From contig CM120643.1 in the NCBI GenBank assembly GCA_051362555.1, positions 19,596,848-19,660,847 of the forward strand: a stretch of DNA of 64,000 bases, written 5' to 3'. Shown piece after piece: positions 27,305-39,300 of this stretch; the first letter of the stretch is position 1; every line of letters starts with the position of its first letter. This DNA comes from Lingula anatina. Its lineage: Eukaryota > Animalia > Brachiopoda. Both the position numbers and the translations under genes were made by a program. The notes below the pieces were generated by a model. That model saw only the letters and a program-made list of their open reading frames with translations, was not told the origin of the DNA and did no database searches.

Positions 27305-30300
27305 ACATGGCTTATCCTTGGCAGTTTTTGGACTTTGTAATTCCCCATCATAAGGCCATCAGGCCATTTTTTCATTTTTTATATAACCCAAAGTCATGTG
27401 TGAGTTTTATGATTATTATTATTATTTGTCATATTTCAGACTGTTTGGGCTTACGGGGATCATAGAGACCAGCTGTAGTAAAGCCTGGGAGGTGGAGTTC
27501 TACATCAACCCTTGGCCAGTCTATGTGAGCCCCGCGGTCATCCTGGCATTTTACTGGATCCTGGCCATTGAAGTACGACTCTGGATGTCACATATCTCAG
27601 ACGTGAGTATTGACGAGGTAGCAAAGCTCTCTGGTCACAGTCAGAGGTAAAGAAAATGAATCAACATACTCACAGATTAATGTTATAAAGGTGCCCTTCA
27701 CAATATTCATGTTATTTTCTGGTAGACTAATAGTACCTTCGTATTTTGGTTTTGATTGTTTTATTCAGCTGTCTCTGTCATTGTGATTTCTATTTTAAAA
27801 AATTGCCTGTTGTAATAGCAACTTGATTCAATTACAGTACCTTACAGTGACAGTTTGGGGAGTTGGCAGCAGTAGGGTTAGATTGGTTAGAAATTGTTGG
27901 CCTGAGACAGAAGGATACCAAGCTAAATTGAAGTGCTTAAGCACCTGTCGCATCCCTTGTGAAAGGCTACACCACTAGAATTACAAAATCATTACAGTTA
28001 TTGATTACCATGGGTGGCAACAAACTCATCATTGGCAGTCTAGATAATGCAACATCTGACAAAAAGCCCAATATTACACCTAAAAAACAAAAAGATGTGC
28101 CAAATATTTTTTTTTCCATTGTGGTAATTTGTTCGTTTAGAACAAAATGTTTTGATGTCAGTCTCTAGTGTTGAAAATTGGCTTTTATTCCCTGGGAATA
28201 AAGCAAATTTATTTTCCAGCAGCAACTTATTAGGATTATTCTTCAGATAATCAGCATTTCAGCAGCATTCAATTTACTTGTCTTCAGAGAAGCACAAATG
28301 ATCAAAGCAAGTACTGTACAGAAAAGCCCAGCTGGGTCTATTAATCATACAACAAATGAAGCAAAAACACCGTGTAAACTTCTTATTTCTGGATTAGTGT
28401 AATATGCATTGATTCTTAACATGACTGGTCTGGAGTGGAGTCAGAACAAATTTTATCTAAATATTTTATGAAATTTCTAACAATATAGTTTGTAGTTTCA
28501 GCTATAACAGCTTTTTACCTGTGTGTAGTGTCAAGTCCCAATGAAAGTTGCTCTATGCCATGAAAAGGCTATATTTATTTCTGCATGGTATTGGAACAGT
28601 TGACTGCATTACCTTATGCAGGGTCATCAACTGGTCTCCTACAAACACGAAGCAATCAACTCTCATCCAGTTGGCCATTTATAGAGTGTTGCAGATTGTT
28701 TTTAAGCACCTAAGATTTTGAAAAAGTCATTATGGGTCAGCATAGTTTTTAATGTATTTATTGATGTTTTTACACTCAGATAATATTTATTAATATAACC
28801 ATGACATTAATACTAATAGCATGTTCATCATAAAAAAAATCCCTTGCATTGGTTTGCGCTGCTTGATTCTGTTAGCTCTGCATGCTGTGTCTTCTTATAC
28901 AGGTTGAGCAGCACCCCCCTGGCAGTGATTCGGCATCCCCTAGCATGTTGCGTGCTCACATGAAGCGACCAAAGTCTCGTAGCCGCGCTGTGTCAGAGAA
29001 GCAGGTAGAGAAGGATCCAGCAGAAGAGGTTTGATGGATATTTCTAACTCCAGTCTGGAGGCTAGATGTGGTGGCAGTGCTGTGCAGTGGTTTATTTTGA
29101 TATATTATATCCCTTGTCTTGTGCCCCAATGGCAGATCCAGGCTCCTCCCACCACCCACCCCATTCTCCACCCCCTCCACCCCTTCGCTAATCCTCATAC
29201 CTTCTGTAAAGTGTTATTCTTAATGTGAAAGCATGCTATGTGAAACAAAAAGTTTAACCCTTGTGTCCTGTTCCGGGAGTATAAAATCCTGGATTTGCCA
29301 CTTTGTTATCATGTTCTGTGTTGCACTAATTATTGTTGTCCACACTTGGTGTAATTGTGTTGTTTATTTTATTTTTTTCACATTTCCGTATCTAAATTAT
29401 TTAATTTATGTTGATTAAAAAATTAATCTTTTAATCAAGCAAATTTCTAGCATAAAGCAAACAGCTCAATTTAATGTCTTGATTCCCCCATTTCCTCTTA
29501 TTTTCCTTGCAGAAAAACAAAATAAATTGACTTAAAACATTATTTATACCAAGTATTCAAACAAAAAGTTTTCCTTGCCAAATTGCTTCTATACATACAT
29601 ATATAAGATATGTTTTATAGAAAAATAACAATATTTTGATTCCAATAATGGATTTTTTCCCTCATAAATATTTGAAATTATGTAGAAAATTGTTCTTGAT
29701 ATTATTTCATCACAGAGAAAAATGCACATTGAATTATTATTGCACCACTAACCTTGATGTATAGTGTTTTGTTTTGGGGCAGCACAAGAAGTAACGCCTA
29801 GCACTTTGCTTTTGAATTTGAGTGTTGACTAACATGTGTTCATTTTGTTTTGGTTAAGAAGTAGCAAGAGTTAGGGTCATTAAATTAATTTTTTTAATTA
29901 ATTTTAAATTAACCTTTTCTTTTTATTTTATTTCATTGATGGAATAATTGTTCAGCATTTTACTATTTCTTTCTCAATATATTTACAATATAAGTGAGGA
30001 ATTACTAAATACAAGGTCAATATTAATCCAATTAATTCCCAGATTATGCTGATAATACATGCTTTGTGGTGTATTTTAGAACCTTATTCATTCGTGTTAT
30101 AAGAAATTGACAAGCTGAGGGAAACTTTTGGAAAACAATTTTGTAAAGCAAATTTTCAAGTAAGCTCAACTTTTTAAAACTGCATCTTAGAACTCTTAAC
30201 TAATGGCACTGCACAAACACACCCCAAAAACTTTTTAATGTCACTTGAAGAAGTTTCAAGATGCACATGATAGAATGGGTTTGAAACTCTCAGCTGTTTC

Positions 30301-33300
30301 ATCAAAAAGAGAAAAAAAAAGAAATGCACTTTATTTTCATTAATTTAAAAAGTCATTTTGTTCCTGTGAGAAACCTGCTCAGTGCAGATAAACAGATCAT
30401 GCCTTCTTTCTTTCCTGTTAAACATTTTTGCTTCTCCGCCCATTTTAGAACACATCTGGATAACATAAGTGTTTGATATCTTGATATGTTTGACCTCTGT
30501 CCAGTCACCTGCCCAGCATGCCACAGCTGTCCACTACCATGGCTGGACACTGAACTATCCAACAAATCTGATATTTAGTTCAGGACTCATTTTTTTTTTC
30601 ATTTTTTAAAATATTTTTTAATTATATTTTTAAATATTATTTTGTTCATGCACTATTTATTTGCTTTTTATTTATATTGTTAACTCATTTCTTTCATGTT
30701 TATTGTTGTATTTTTATATAAATATTTCCTTTTCCTTTCGATTATTTCCCCATAAAATTATATATTGTTTATTGCTTGCCATCCTTGCATGTGACACGTA
30801 TCAAGTACATCAAAATGTAATCATTTTAATTGCAATTGATAGTGGAAGTCATATATAGAACTTCAATGGACAAAGATAGCCATATCAAAAGGAGACAAGA
30901 AATGAAAGAAACAAAATTAACCTGCAGATCAAGTGCTGAGGATCATTGCAGGCTATAAAATATGCATGTACATGGGAGATCAACAAAACAAATTATTTAT
31001 GTATAATCTAATTCAATTCAATAATGTAAACGTTTAACCCAAAGGCATTTGCAACCTGACAGGAAATTGACAACAGTTCTAATCAGTTAAATCATCATGT
31101 ATACCAATCCCAATGGTTTCTTAAAGAAATTAACCCTGCTCCTCTTTTTTTGCAGTGATGTGGTGTTTCTGTTAGTTGCATGGTTTATATTATACTTATT
31201 TGCACAGGTTTGGCATGTTTTATTGAGGTCCGGGTGACATGTTTGCATGATATGATATGATATGTTTTAAGTTCTATACAGATTGAAATTCTGTATTGCA
31301 ATATAGATTTTTGAAATGTAGTTAATAGTGTTTTAATTTTATCTTTTGCACACAAGCATGCACATACGTTCATGCATGCATGCACATGCACATCAATATG
31401 CATATCTCCGTTTTCATATACATTTATACTTATATTTATATATATTTATATACATAATGTTTACTCAAGTGCATGGCATGTGTCCTATTAAGGTTTTGTA
31501 TAGAATATTTATATGTGACACTATCGATGTGAGGTATTTAAGTGTGTATACTTTTACAGCTTATTGCAGTGTTAAGCCAGCAGTGTTTCAAGATCTATTT
31601 TTTTCCTTTTTTGTTCATAAATGAACTTTTACTCATTTCACTAGTCAAAACACTGATAGGTGTCCAGAGAACATTAAAATGTAGCAAGTGAGTAAAAGTT
31701 TGTTTGTTAAAAAAATTATAAGATCTTATAACTGTTTACCAAGTAAATGAACTTACGGTAACGACTTGATCTTTTCAATTGGGAAAAATCATCAATATTT
31801 CAGAGACATAATTTTGGAATCATTAAAAATTATTTTTGTAAGCACTTTTGGCATTTGAAGCATTTGCTTTTACTATATGTTATAGAAATACAAGGCGGCC
31901 TGCTTTTCAGTTTTGTTGCTATCACTCAATATAAGAGTGTTCTAATTTCAAAAATTTATGACTTAAAAATACAGTATCTGTTAAATTAATTTTCCCCTAT
32001 TGAAAAGCAGCAGTACCTTCGTGGAAACAGCCAAGCCTCTGTGAGCAGTATCAGTCATATACTTTAAAGTTCACTGGCTGTGTAATAGTCTTGTACATAT
32101 GACAACTTACCATTTTGATGATATAGAGCAGATTTTGAAACAGAATATAAATTAGTCATAATAGTTGGACAAAAATGTACTAAACTTTGATTGTGAAAAT
32201 AGTTCAGTTAAACTTTGATTCCTAATTTTTCAGGATCTGGTTGATTTCATGGTCTCAAAAATTTAATCTGTTATATTTAAAACCATAACTTGACATGAAG
32301 TAAAATAACATGGAATTATAATTGATAATTTTGGATAAGTTTGGTGCATTTTTGTTAATCATTGTCTTTATGTGCATAGTTACACTTTTGAACAGATAAA
32401 TGATTTCAATGCATTATTCAAATATATCTGAGGCAAAGTAACAACTTGCATACCCACATGAATGGTTTATGAAATTCCACACAGTGAATTTAGTAAAAAA
32501 AAAAAGAAGCTGTTTTCCCTCCAGCAAGCTTTGCTTTCATTGTTGTGTCATCTGTGAAGTCACATGATGCTACAAGTATTTCCTACCCAAGACAGTTCTC
32601 CTTAAAACATTTCCATATATATTATATACCCATATGATATATGCTCCTTATCCTTGACTGATACTCACCTTTTTAAACTGATTAAAGTTTGGTAAAAAAC
32701 TAGTTATTGAGAATCCACATGGGGACAGTTTTCAGAGTATAGTTCATCATTCATTATTCATACCATAATCGAGCTGGTGGTACACACCCAGGAGGTGGCG
32801 CCACCTCTCTGATCCTATGTATTTATGCTCCTATTTTAGTCGTAACTCCCATGTTAATTGTCAACTGCACCCCCCCCCCTCCCCACCACTGTCGTAGGCG
32901 GTATGCTAGATTTTGTTACATAAGTCCATATAGCAAAGCTTATCATGTCTAACATGTCCTACACCTATAAATAAAACCTATCAACTTCAGATTTCATTTT
33001 ACATATTTTTAGTATTATTTTTGCTTTTTATTCAATGTTTTGATTGAAATATTAAGGAAATGAAAGGATCTATTTGAACCGATTGATCTTATCAAGATTT
33101 GTACTATTGTTTTATTCATTTATTGTTTTATACATTTTTTTACCCTTATAAATTGTTACTTTAAATTCTTATATAATATTATTTATAAATTATCTAGCAC
33201 TTTTCTGCAGTTGTTTTCAATACTTTTGAAGTATTAACACAGCTAAGCTGACTTGTTGTATTATTTAATATTGAAGCATTTTGATAAGGTGTAATGATTT

Positions 33301-36300
33301 TTTGTTAATTTTGTTGCTTTAGACGACTCCCAAGATGCCTGATTTAACAGGAGGTAGCATACAGGTAAAAAAACTGTGAGCATGGACATAACAATTGGAA
33401 ATTCCTTCAGTAAACAGCTAACACAATTCCTGTGTGAGTTATGTGAGAATTTGAGAAAATGAAAACACTGTGTGGGCATTTCTAAACCAATCATTGTAAT
33501 AATGTGCCGTTGTTATTGTAACACATACAACACATTGTAGCAGCTGACATTTCCTTGGGGCGGGCGGGTGGGTGGTATTAATTGCAACTTGCACACGTAT
33601 AAAAAAATCTGCTATTCTGTAAGAGTGACAGGTGCTTCAATTGTGTCACTACTCCCCACTGTATTGGTAGTTTCAGTGTAAACCAACTGTCGATAAGAAA
33701 ATCTTGTCTAGAGTTTCAACAAGGAATTGATATACACCTCCCTTTTTAATAACAAAAAAGCCAGCAACATTGAACCCCTTTCTTTCCCAAAAGGTAAGGA
33801 AAAAAATGAACGGGACCCCCAGAGTTGCCAAGTCGATATATTCACATGTGTCCTTAGTGTTATAAATGACAAACTTGCATTTTTACAGGTGTTAATATTC
33901 TATTGTTGATAAGGCATTAGATTTTGAGTACTGTCATCTAGGCAACGTTAGAACCAACTGAGGCATGTTTGATGCACAAAGAACAACTGCCACAGTGTTT
34001 AAAAAAAGGGTCATAATTTGCACATTTTATCAAAAATTTTTTTCAAAGCGGAAAAAGGACAATACTGGCTGCTCCTCTCCTGTCATATCATAAATAAGTT
34101 TTCTAGGGTCATGTATGGATGTCAGTAGAATTGAATACATACATACATACATACTAACAATATAAGGTTTTACTTGATTACTCTAAAACACAGGAGACAT
34201 TTTTCAAATCGTGCCCAGTTCTTAAGTTCACGGGTGAAAGTTTTTTCCGATTATTTTGATCATTTTTTTCAAATGGCGTAAATGCAATGAGAAATTGCAA
34301 GGTTAGCTACGTTTTCAGGATTATCAGTTTTCACAACTTTCACCCATGTCAGTTTCTCCTGATTTGATCCACCTTCATGGCATATTAGTTGATATATCTG
34401 ATTTCCCCTGTTCTGCTAACGGTCCAGACTCCTCCAGACCTTCTCTATAATCTGAACGTCTCCGAGTCTGAGGCAGAGGTAAGACATTTTCCTAGTTCTG
34501 TTCATATGGAAAATTCACTTTGAATTCCTTTTTCATGTTTCATTGCCTGGTTTATTCACATTGTGTGTTATCAGAGAAGATTTTCATTGGATGCTGTATG
34601 GCTTGGGCTGATCAGCAATCATTGTTATCATATATACCATGACAGCTGCCTTTTTTCTTTCTTTATTACTTTTCATGATTTTATTGGATAGATTGCTTCA
34701 GTCTCATATATCAATGTCAAAATGGGCATTTTATTTACAAATGGCAATTACATTTTTATTATAATTTTATTTGGACTGATATATAAGATATTTTTGCTTT
34801 TGCTGCCATGTGCAAAACATTTATGCCAAGATGTTGGTTCATAAAGTTGACTTTCATATAATTTCGGTATACGATGTTTATTTTTTAAGTATTATATAAT
34901 CTAAAATGACTTATTTAAAATATTAATATTTGCAGGTTGGAGAGATCACACATTTTGTCTGCATGTTTAATTTACTTGTATATTATTGCAAATAAGGACC
35001 TAAATGTTGCATGTATTTTTATATGGGCATGTAAAGTTTTTAAATTAGAATTCTTGAAACCATTCAAGACAGTAAAAGGTCTAATCAAGTATTATAAAAG
35101 TTGACATGAAATTATAGTAAAGTTAAAAACCAACTGTTTTTTAAAAAAGAAAGAATTTCATTTGGCAGTTGATTAAGTATCTGGAAATCTGATCAGTTTT
35201 GATAACTGATAAATTATGTTGACATTCACACTTGATGAAATAGCTTTATTTGGTTTATACTTGCAACTTAGAGGATAGATATTAGAGGCTACAGCTATCA
35301 TACAGAATTAAAAAGTAAATAACTGAACTGTAACTTGGTTCAGTCTATTTAGCTCATTGGTCTTGTGTATGATAGCTGTTCAAACAGCCTCTACAAGTTT
35401 TGAAAAAGGGGTTCTCTTGCTCCCTCTGCATCAGCGATGCCATCTGGTGACAAGATTTGTAACAGGTTGCTTCATTGAGCTGTATAAACTGGAAAAGACC
35501 TGGTTGTTTCAATAATCAACTGGAAAAGACTTGGTGAAAGTGAACAATGCATTATAAAGCCTCCTTACTAATTAATAATCTAAGAGTGAGGGTTAACTTT
35601 ATGTAACTATGTTGTATTTATTTGTTATTTATGAACAAAAAATCAACAACAGTAGATATGTACTTATTTACACCCTTGGTGGTAGATTTTAGCATGCATT
35701 ACAATTCCATATATTCCAGTGATTTGAAGGAAATGGAGATTGACACACCTTTGGTATTACACCTACATCTTTGTCAGTGCTCTCTATACTAATATGTTCC
35801 AGTGTTTGGTATAAAATAAAGATTGGCACACCAATTATTCCAGTGCTACATATATTTCAGCGTTTGGTGGAAAACGAGGATCGGCCCATCAGTTACAACT
35901 CTCTGGAGCCTGTCCCCTCTGACTCCCCCAGTCACCAGGACAGTCCTCCTCCGGCCAATCAGGCCACAACTGACCATACCAAACCACAGAGGTCTATATG
36001 GGGGACTATTTTCTTCTACCTGATGAGGCAGAGCTATATTGTAACCCTAGTTGTCATGATGGTATGGATGTATGATTTAGCTTACAGTGATTTCTCTTAT
36101 AAAAACACCTTACTCACTGAAATGATGTTGACTTCTTATCATTTGTTTTTGTTTTAAAATGCAATAACTTTTCAAAACTTGTATTTTGAGAAATTATTTG
36201 CACAACATTGTTCTTGGAATAGATTTTAACCAAATTTGTTTGAATTTAATCAGTACATATACATCAAACTACAGTAGATGTCAGTTGTGACCTTGACCCA

Positions 36301-39300
36301 GATTTATTTGACCTTGACATTTACATTTTTAGCTTTGGAGCATAACCTACCACAGTTGGTTGACCTTTGTGTTCCTATTGGCTGCTTGTATTATCTGGAT
36401 GACGCCCCACTCTCGCACTGTCTGCCTCCATGCCTCCCCTGTCATAATCCTGTACGCCCATTGCTTGCTGATCATTGGCTACGTGTTTGGTCTCAGTATT
36501 GAGAAGGAGCTGCCAGGGACAGAGACCTATGAGGAGATTGGGTTAAACCGCTATCCATACCCTTGTCTGCCTCTTGGCGTAAAGGTAAATACCAACATTT
36601 TATTATTATTATGGTAATTTTTTAGAAAATAAACTTAAACAGCCCTTATGAAAATACCCTATAGGACTCTGTAAAGATTGCACAGGACTTTATGGGACTT
36701 CTATCAGATATCCTACAGGATTCCTATCCAGAACATGTCCTATTGGATCCTATAGGATTTTTGGCCAATAAACTACGGTAATGTGCCAAGCATTTCGACG
36801 GGCCCAGTCAATCCGACCACAAAAATTATTTTATAAAATTAATTTTTCTGGGCTCAAACAATTAGTCCATACGTCAAAATCATGGGACAGAATTTTTTTC
36901 TTGTTTCGATTGTTCGACCACATCGTCGACAAGACTCGGTAAATTTTCAAGCCAGTGAAATAGATGCTGCATGCCTCGGCCCTTTGTCAATTGTTGTCCT
37001 TTCAATAGCTCTCGTCAATGAGGGAGAAACAATTAACTGAAGATCTAATCTGGAAGCATGACGTACCTGTCTTTTCCTTTGTCCCCGATGACAATAATAG
37101 TGCTTATAGACATACAAATTTTGCTAATTAAGCAGACTTGCCGTCGCTGACTGATTCATCACGCCCGTAACTGGGGAGGGGGGGGGGGGTAAAAAAAGGT
37201 CTATTCTGGATGAAACCAAATATCGACAGTGGGTAGAATACGTCGTAAACACCTTCATATAGACCATATATCCCGTTTGCTAGCAATAAAAAGTTTGGGA
37301 AGAATAAGCAATTTATTTTCAAGTTCGATTGAAATATATATGCAGATGGGGAAACGTTCTTGAAGTCAACACCGCAAGATCTTACATTTACTACAATCGA
37401 CCGAAAGATCAGCGGGATCGACCGCCCAGACTTCTTGGCGCCGAATACCACGCGCTGTCAAAATCTGACGAACACGTGTCGCTGTTCACATACATGGATA
37501 ACTGATTTGTCAACAATAAAAATTACGTCTTCCTTAACTCCATGGGAGCTTCATAGAGAGTTCCACTGGGTATTTACATTACCTGTGAGTCACTTTCTAT
37601 TTCCCCAGATGCATGAAATGTTGATAATATTTAGCGTAATCCACGACGAACTCCATTCCTGTGACCCCCCTCCCCCAAAATGGGACCGTCTTCATTAACA
37701 TGTGGTTTGCGCTATGCTGGAGCAGGCCAGATAAAAGCAGTCTCTCATTTCTGCATGTGCTCAATTCTCACATCAAATTATAAATGCACCTGTTTTGTGA
37801 AAATTATGGCAAGTAAATGCTTTTTTTACGTTCGGGTTGTATCAGTGGGGTTTTCAATATGCACCGTGGTTTGTGCACAGCGAGAGTATATAAGTAAGAA
37901 AATCGGAAGAGTGCCAGCAAGATACTGTATGTCTATCGGCACAGGTACGCTCCGTATTTTGCCTTTTCTCAATATGTTTTTATATGACATGCTTTTTAAA
38001 TAAAATACTTAATAGTAATTTGAAGTTACACTGATTTCCGTTTGAGTACCAGTTGGTATTCTTTGATACGGGTGATTGAATTTTCTTAGGAAGTACGTAC
38101 GTCTACGCCTCGACGCTGAGCAAGCCTTGTGGGTTGAAAACAACTGATCTCAGACTGGTAAAAAATTTCAATTCGGTTGATTTCAGTTGTCATATAAAAA
38201 TTCAAATAGGGCGTACGTAAATCACAAAACTGGTTTAAGTCCACTAAAGCTACTGGTTTCAAGTATAAGTGACCGGCCTTTGTTTACAACACCTGTCTCC
38301 GGGCAAATAGTCGTCCCACTTGTGAAGCGCATCATGAAAGTGATCGTAGGTGAGGGAAATATATAATTAAAAATTATAATTGTCGTCTTTTTTAATGTTA
38401 AGTAATGTTAGCACATATTGTACACAGCAAAATAAGATTTCAGGAGGATAAAACATGCCTGAAACACGTGTTAGGCAAAAATTGCGGCTTATCTTGCGTA
38501 ACACTTCCGGTAAAATGCAACACTTCCGGAAAGATGGACGTTTTGGCAGATGCCCCTAACAATCCGACGATATCAAAGGTTTCCATTTGCTGTATTTTAA
38601 TCAATTCGACCAAACTGACATTTCCATGAAATTAATTAATTAATCTTGGTCGAATTGTTTGGCATATTACCGTATAAGAGACATATAGGACTCCTGTAGG
38701 AAATTTCCATTAGGGAATGTTTGTCAAGGTAAAGATGGAAGTTATGTTATTATACAGACAACATAGATTTTATTGAAAAAAGTGATGACAATTTATTTAG
38801 TTTGTCTTGAGGGTCAAGAAGAGAGGGTTTGGAGTGGGTCACCCTCAGGCCTCCAAACCACCAATGTTTAATAACACTAAGGGAAACTGATTTGTAGCAG
38901 ACAGACATCTACATTATCATATTCGATTAATTTGATAACATGAGTATAAACTTGCCTTGAAAAGGTTTAATATGAAAATGATTGAACTAAGTCTAAAATT
39001 TTATAAACTTATCTTCTAGGTTATCTATACGTTCTTCTTCTGGCTGACGCTGCGTCAGTGGCGTAAGGAGACCACTCTGAACAAACAGCTAGAGCTGGAG
39101 AAGGGGCTGGAGTTGGAGGCCCGCCAAGATCAAGGCAGACAGGGTAAGTAGACATTTTATTATGGAATACATTGATTTACCAGATGTGAATAAGTTTATG
39201 AAGCTGGAGATGGAGAAGGGGCTGGAGTTGGGGGTGCGGCAAGATCAGGGTGGTCAGAGTAGGTGAAGATTTTATAGTGGAATGTTTATATTGAAGTTTA

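Noticed and set aside
27603-27646. Exon extension to the AG|gtaaag donor at 27646
   Set aside because: It ends in phase 2, whereas the following exons are Piezo-compatible only in phase 0.
37128-38003. 107-112 aa ORFs inside the TA-target transposon as a possible transposase
   Set aside because: No DDE/D or HTH motif is recognisable.
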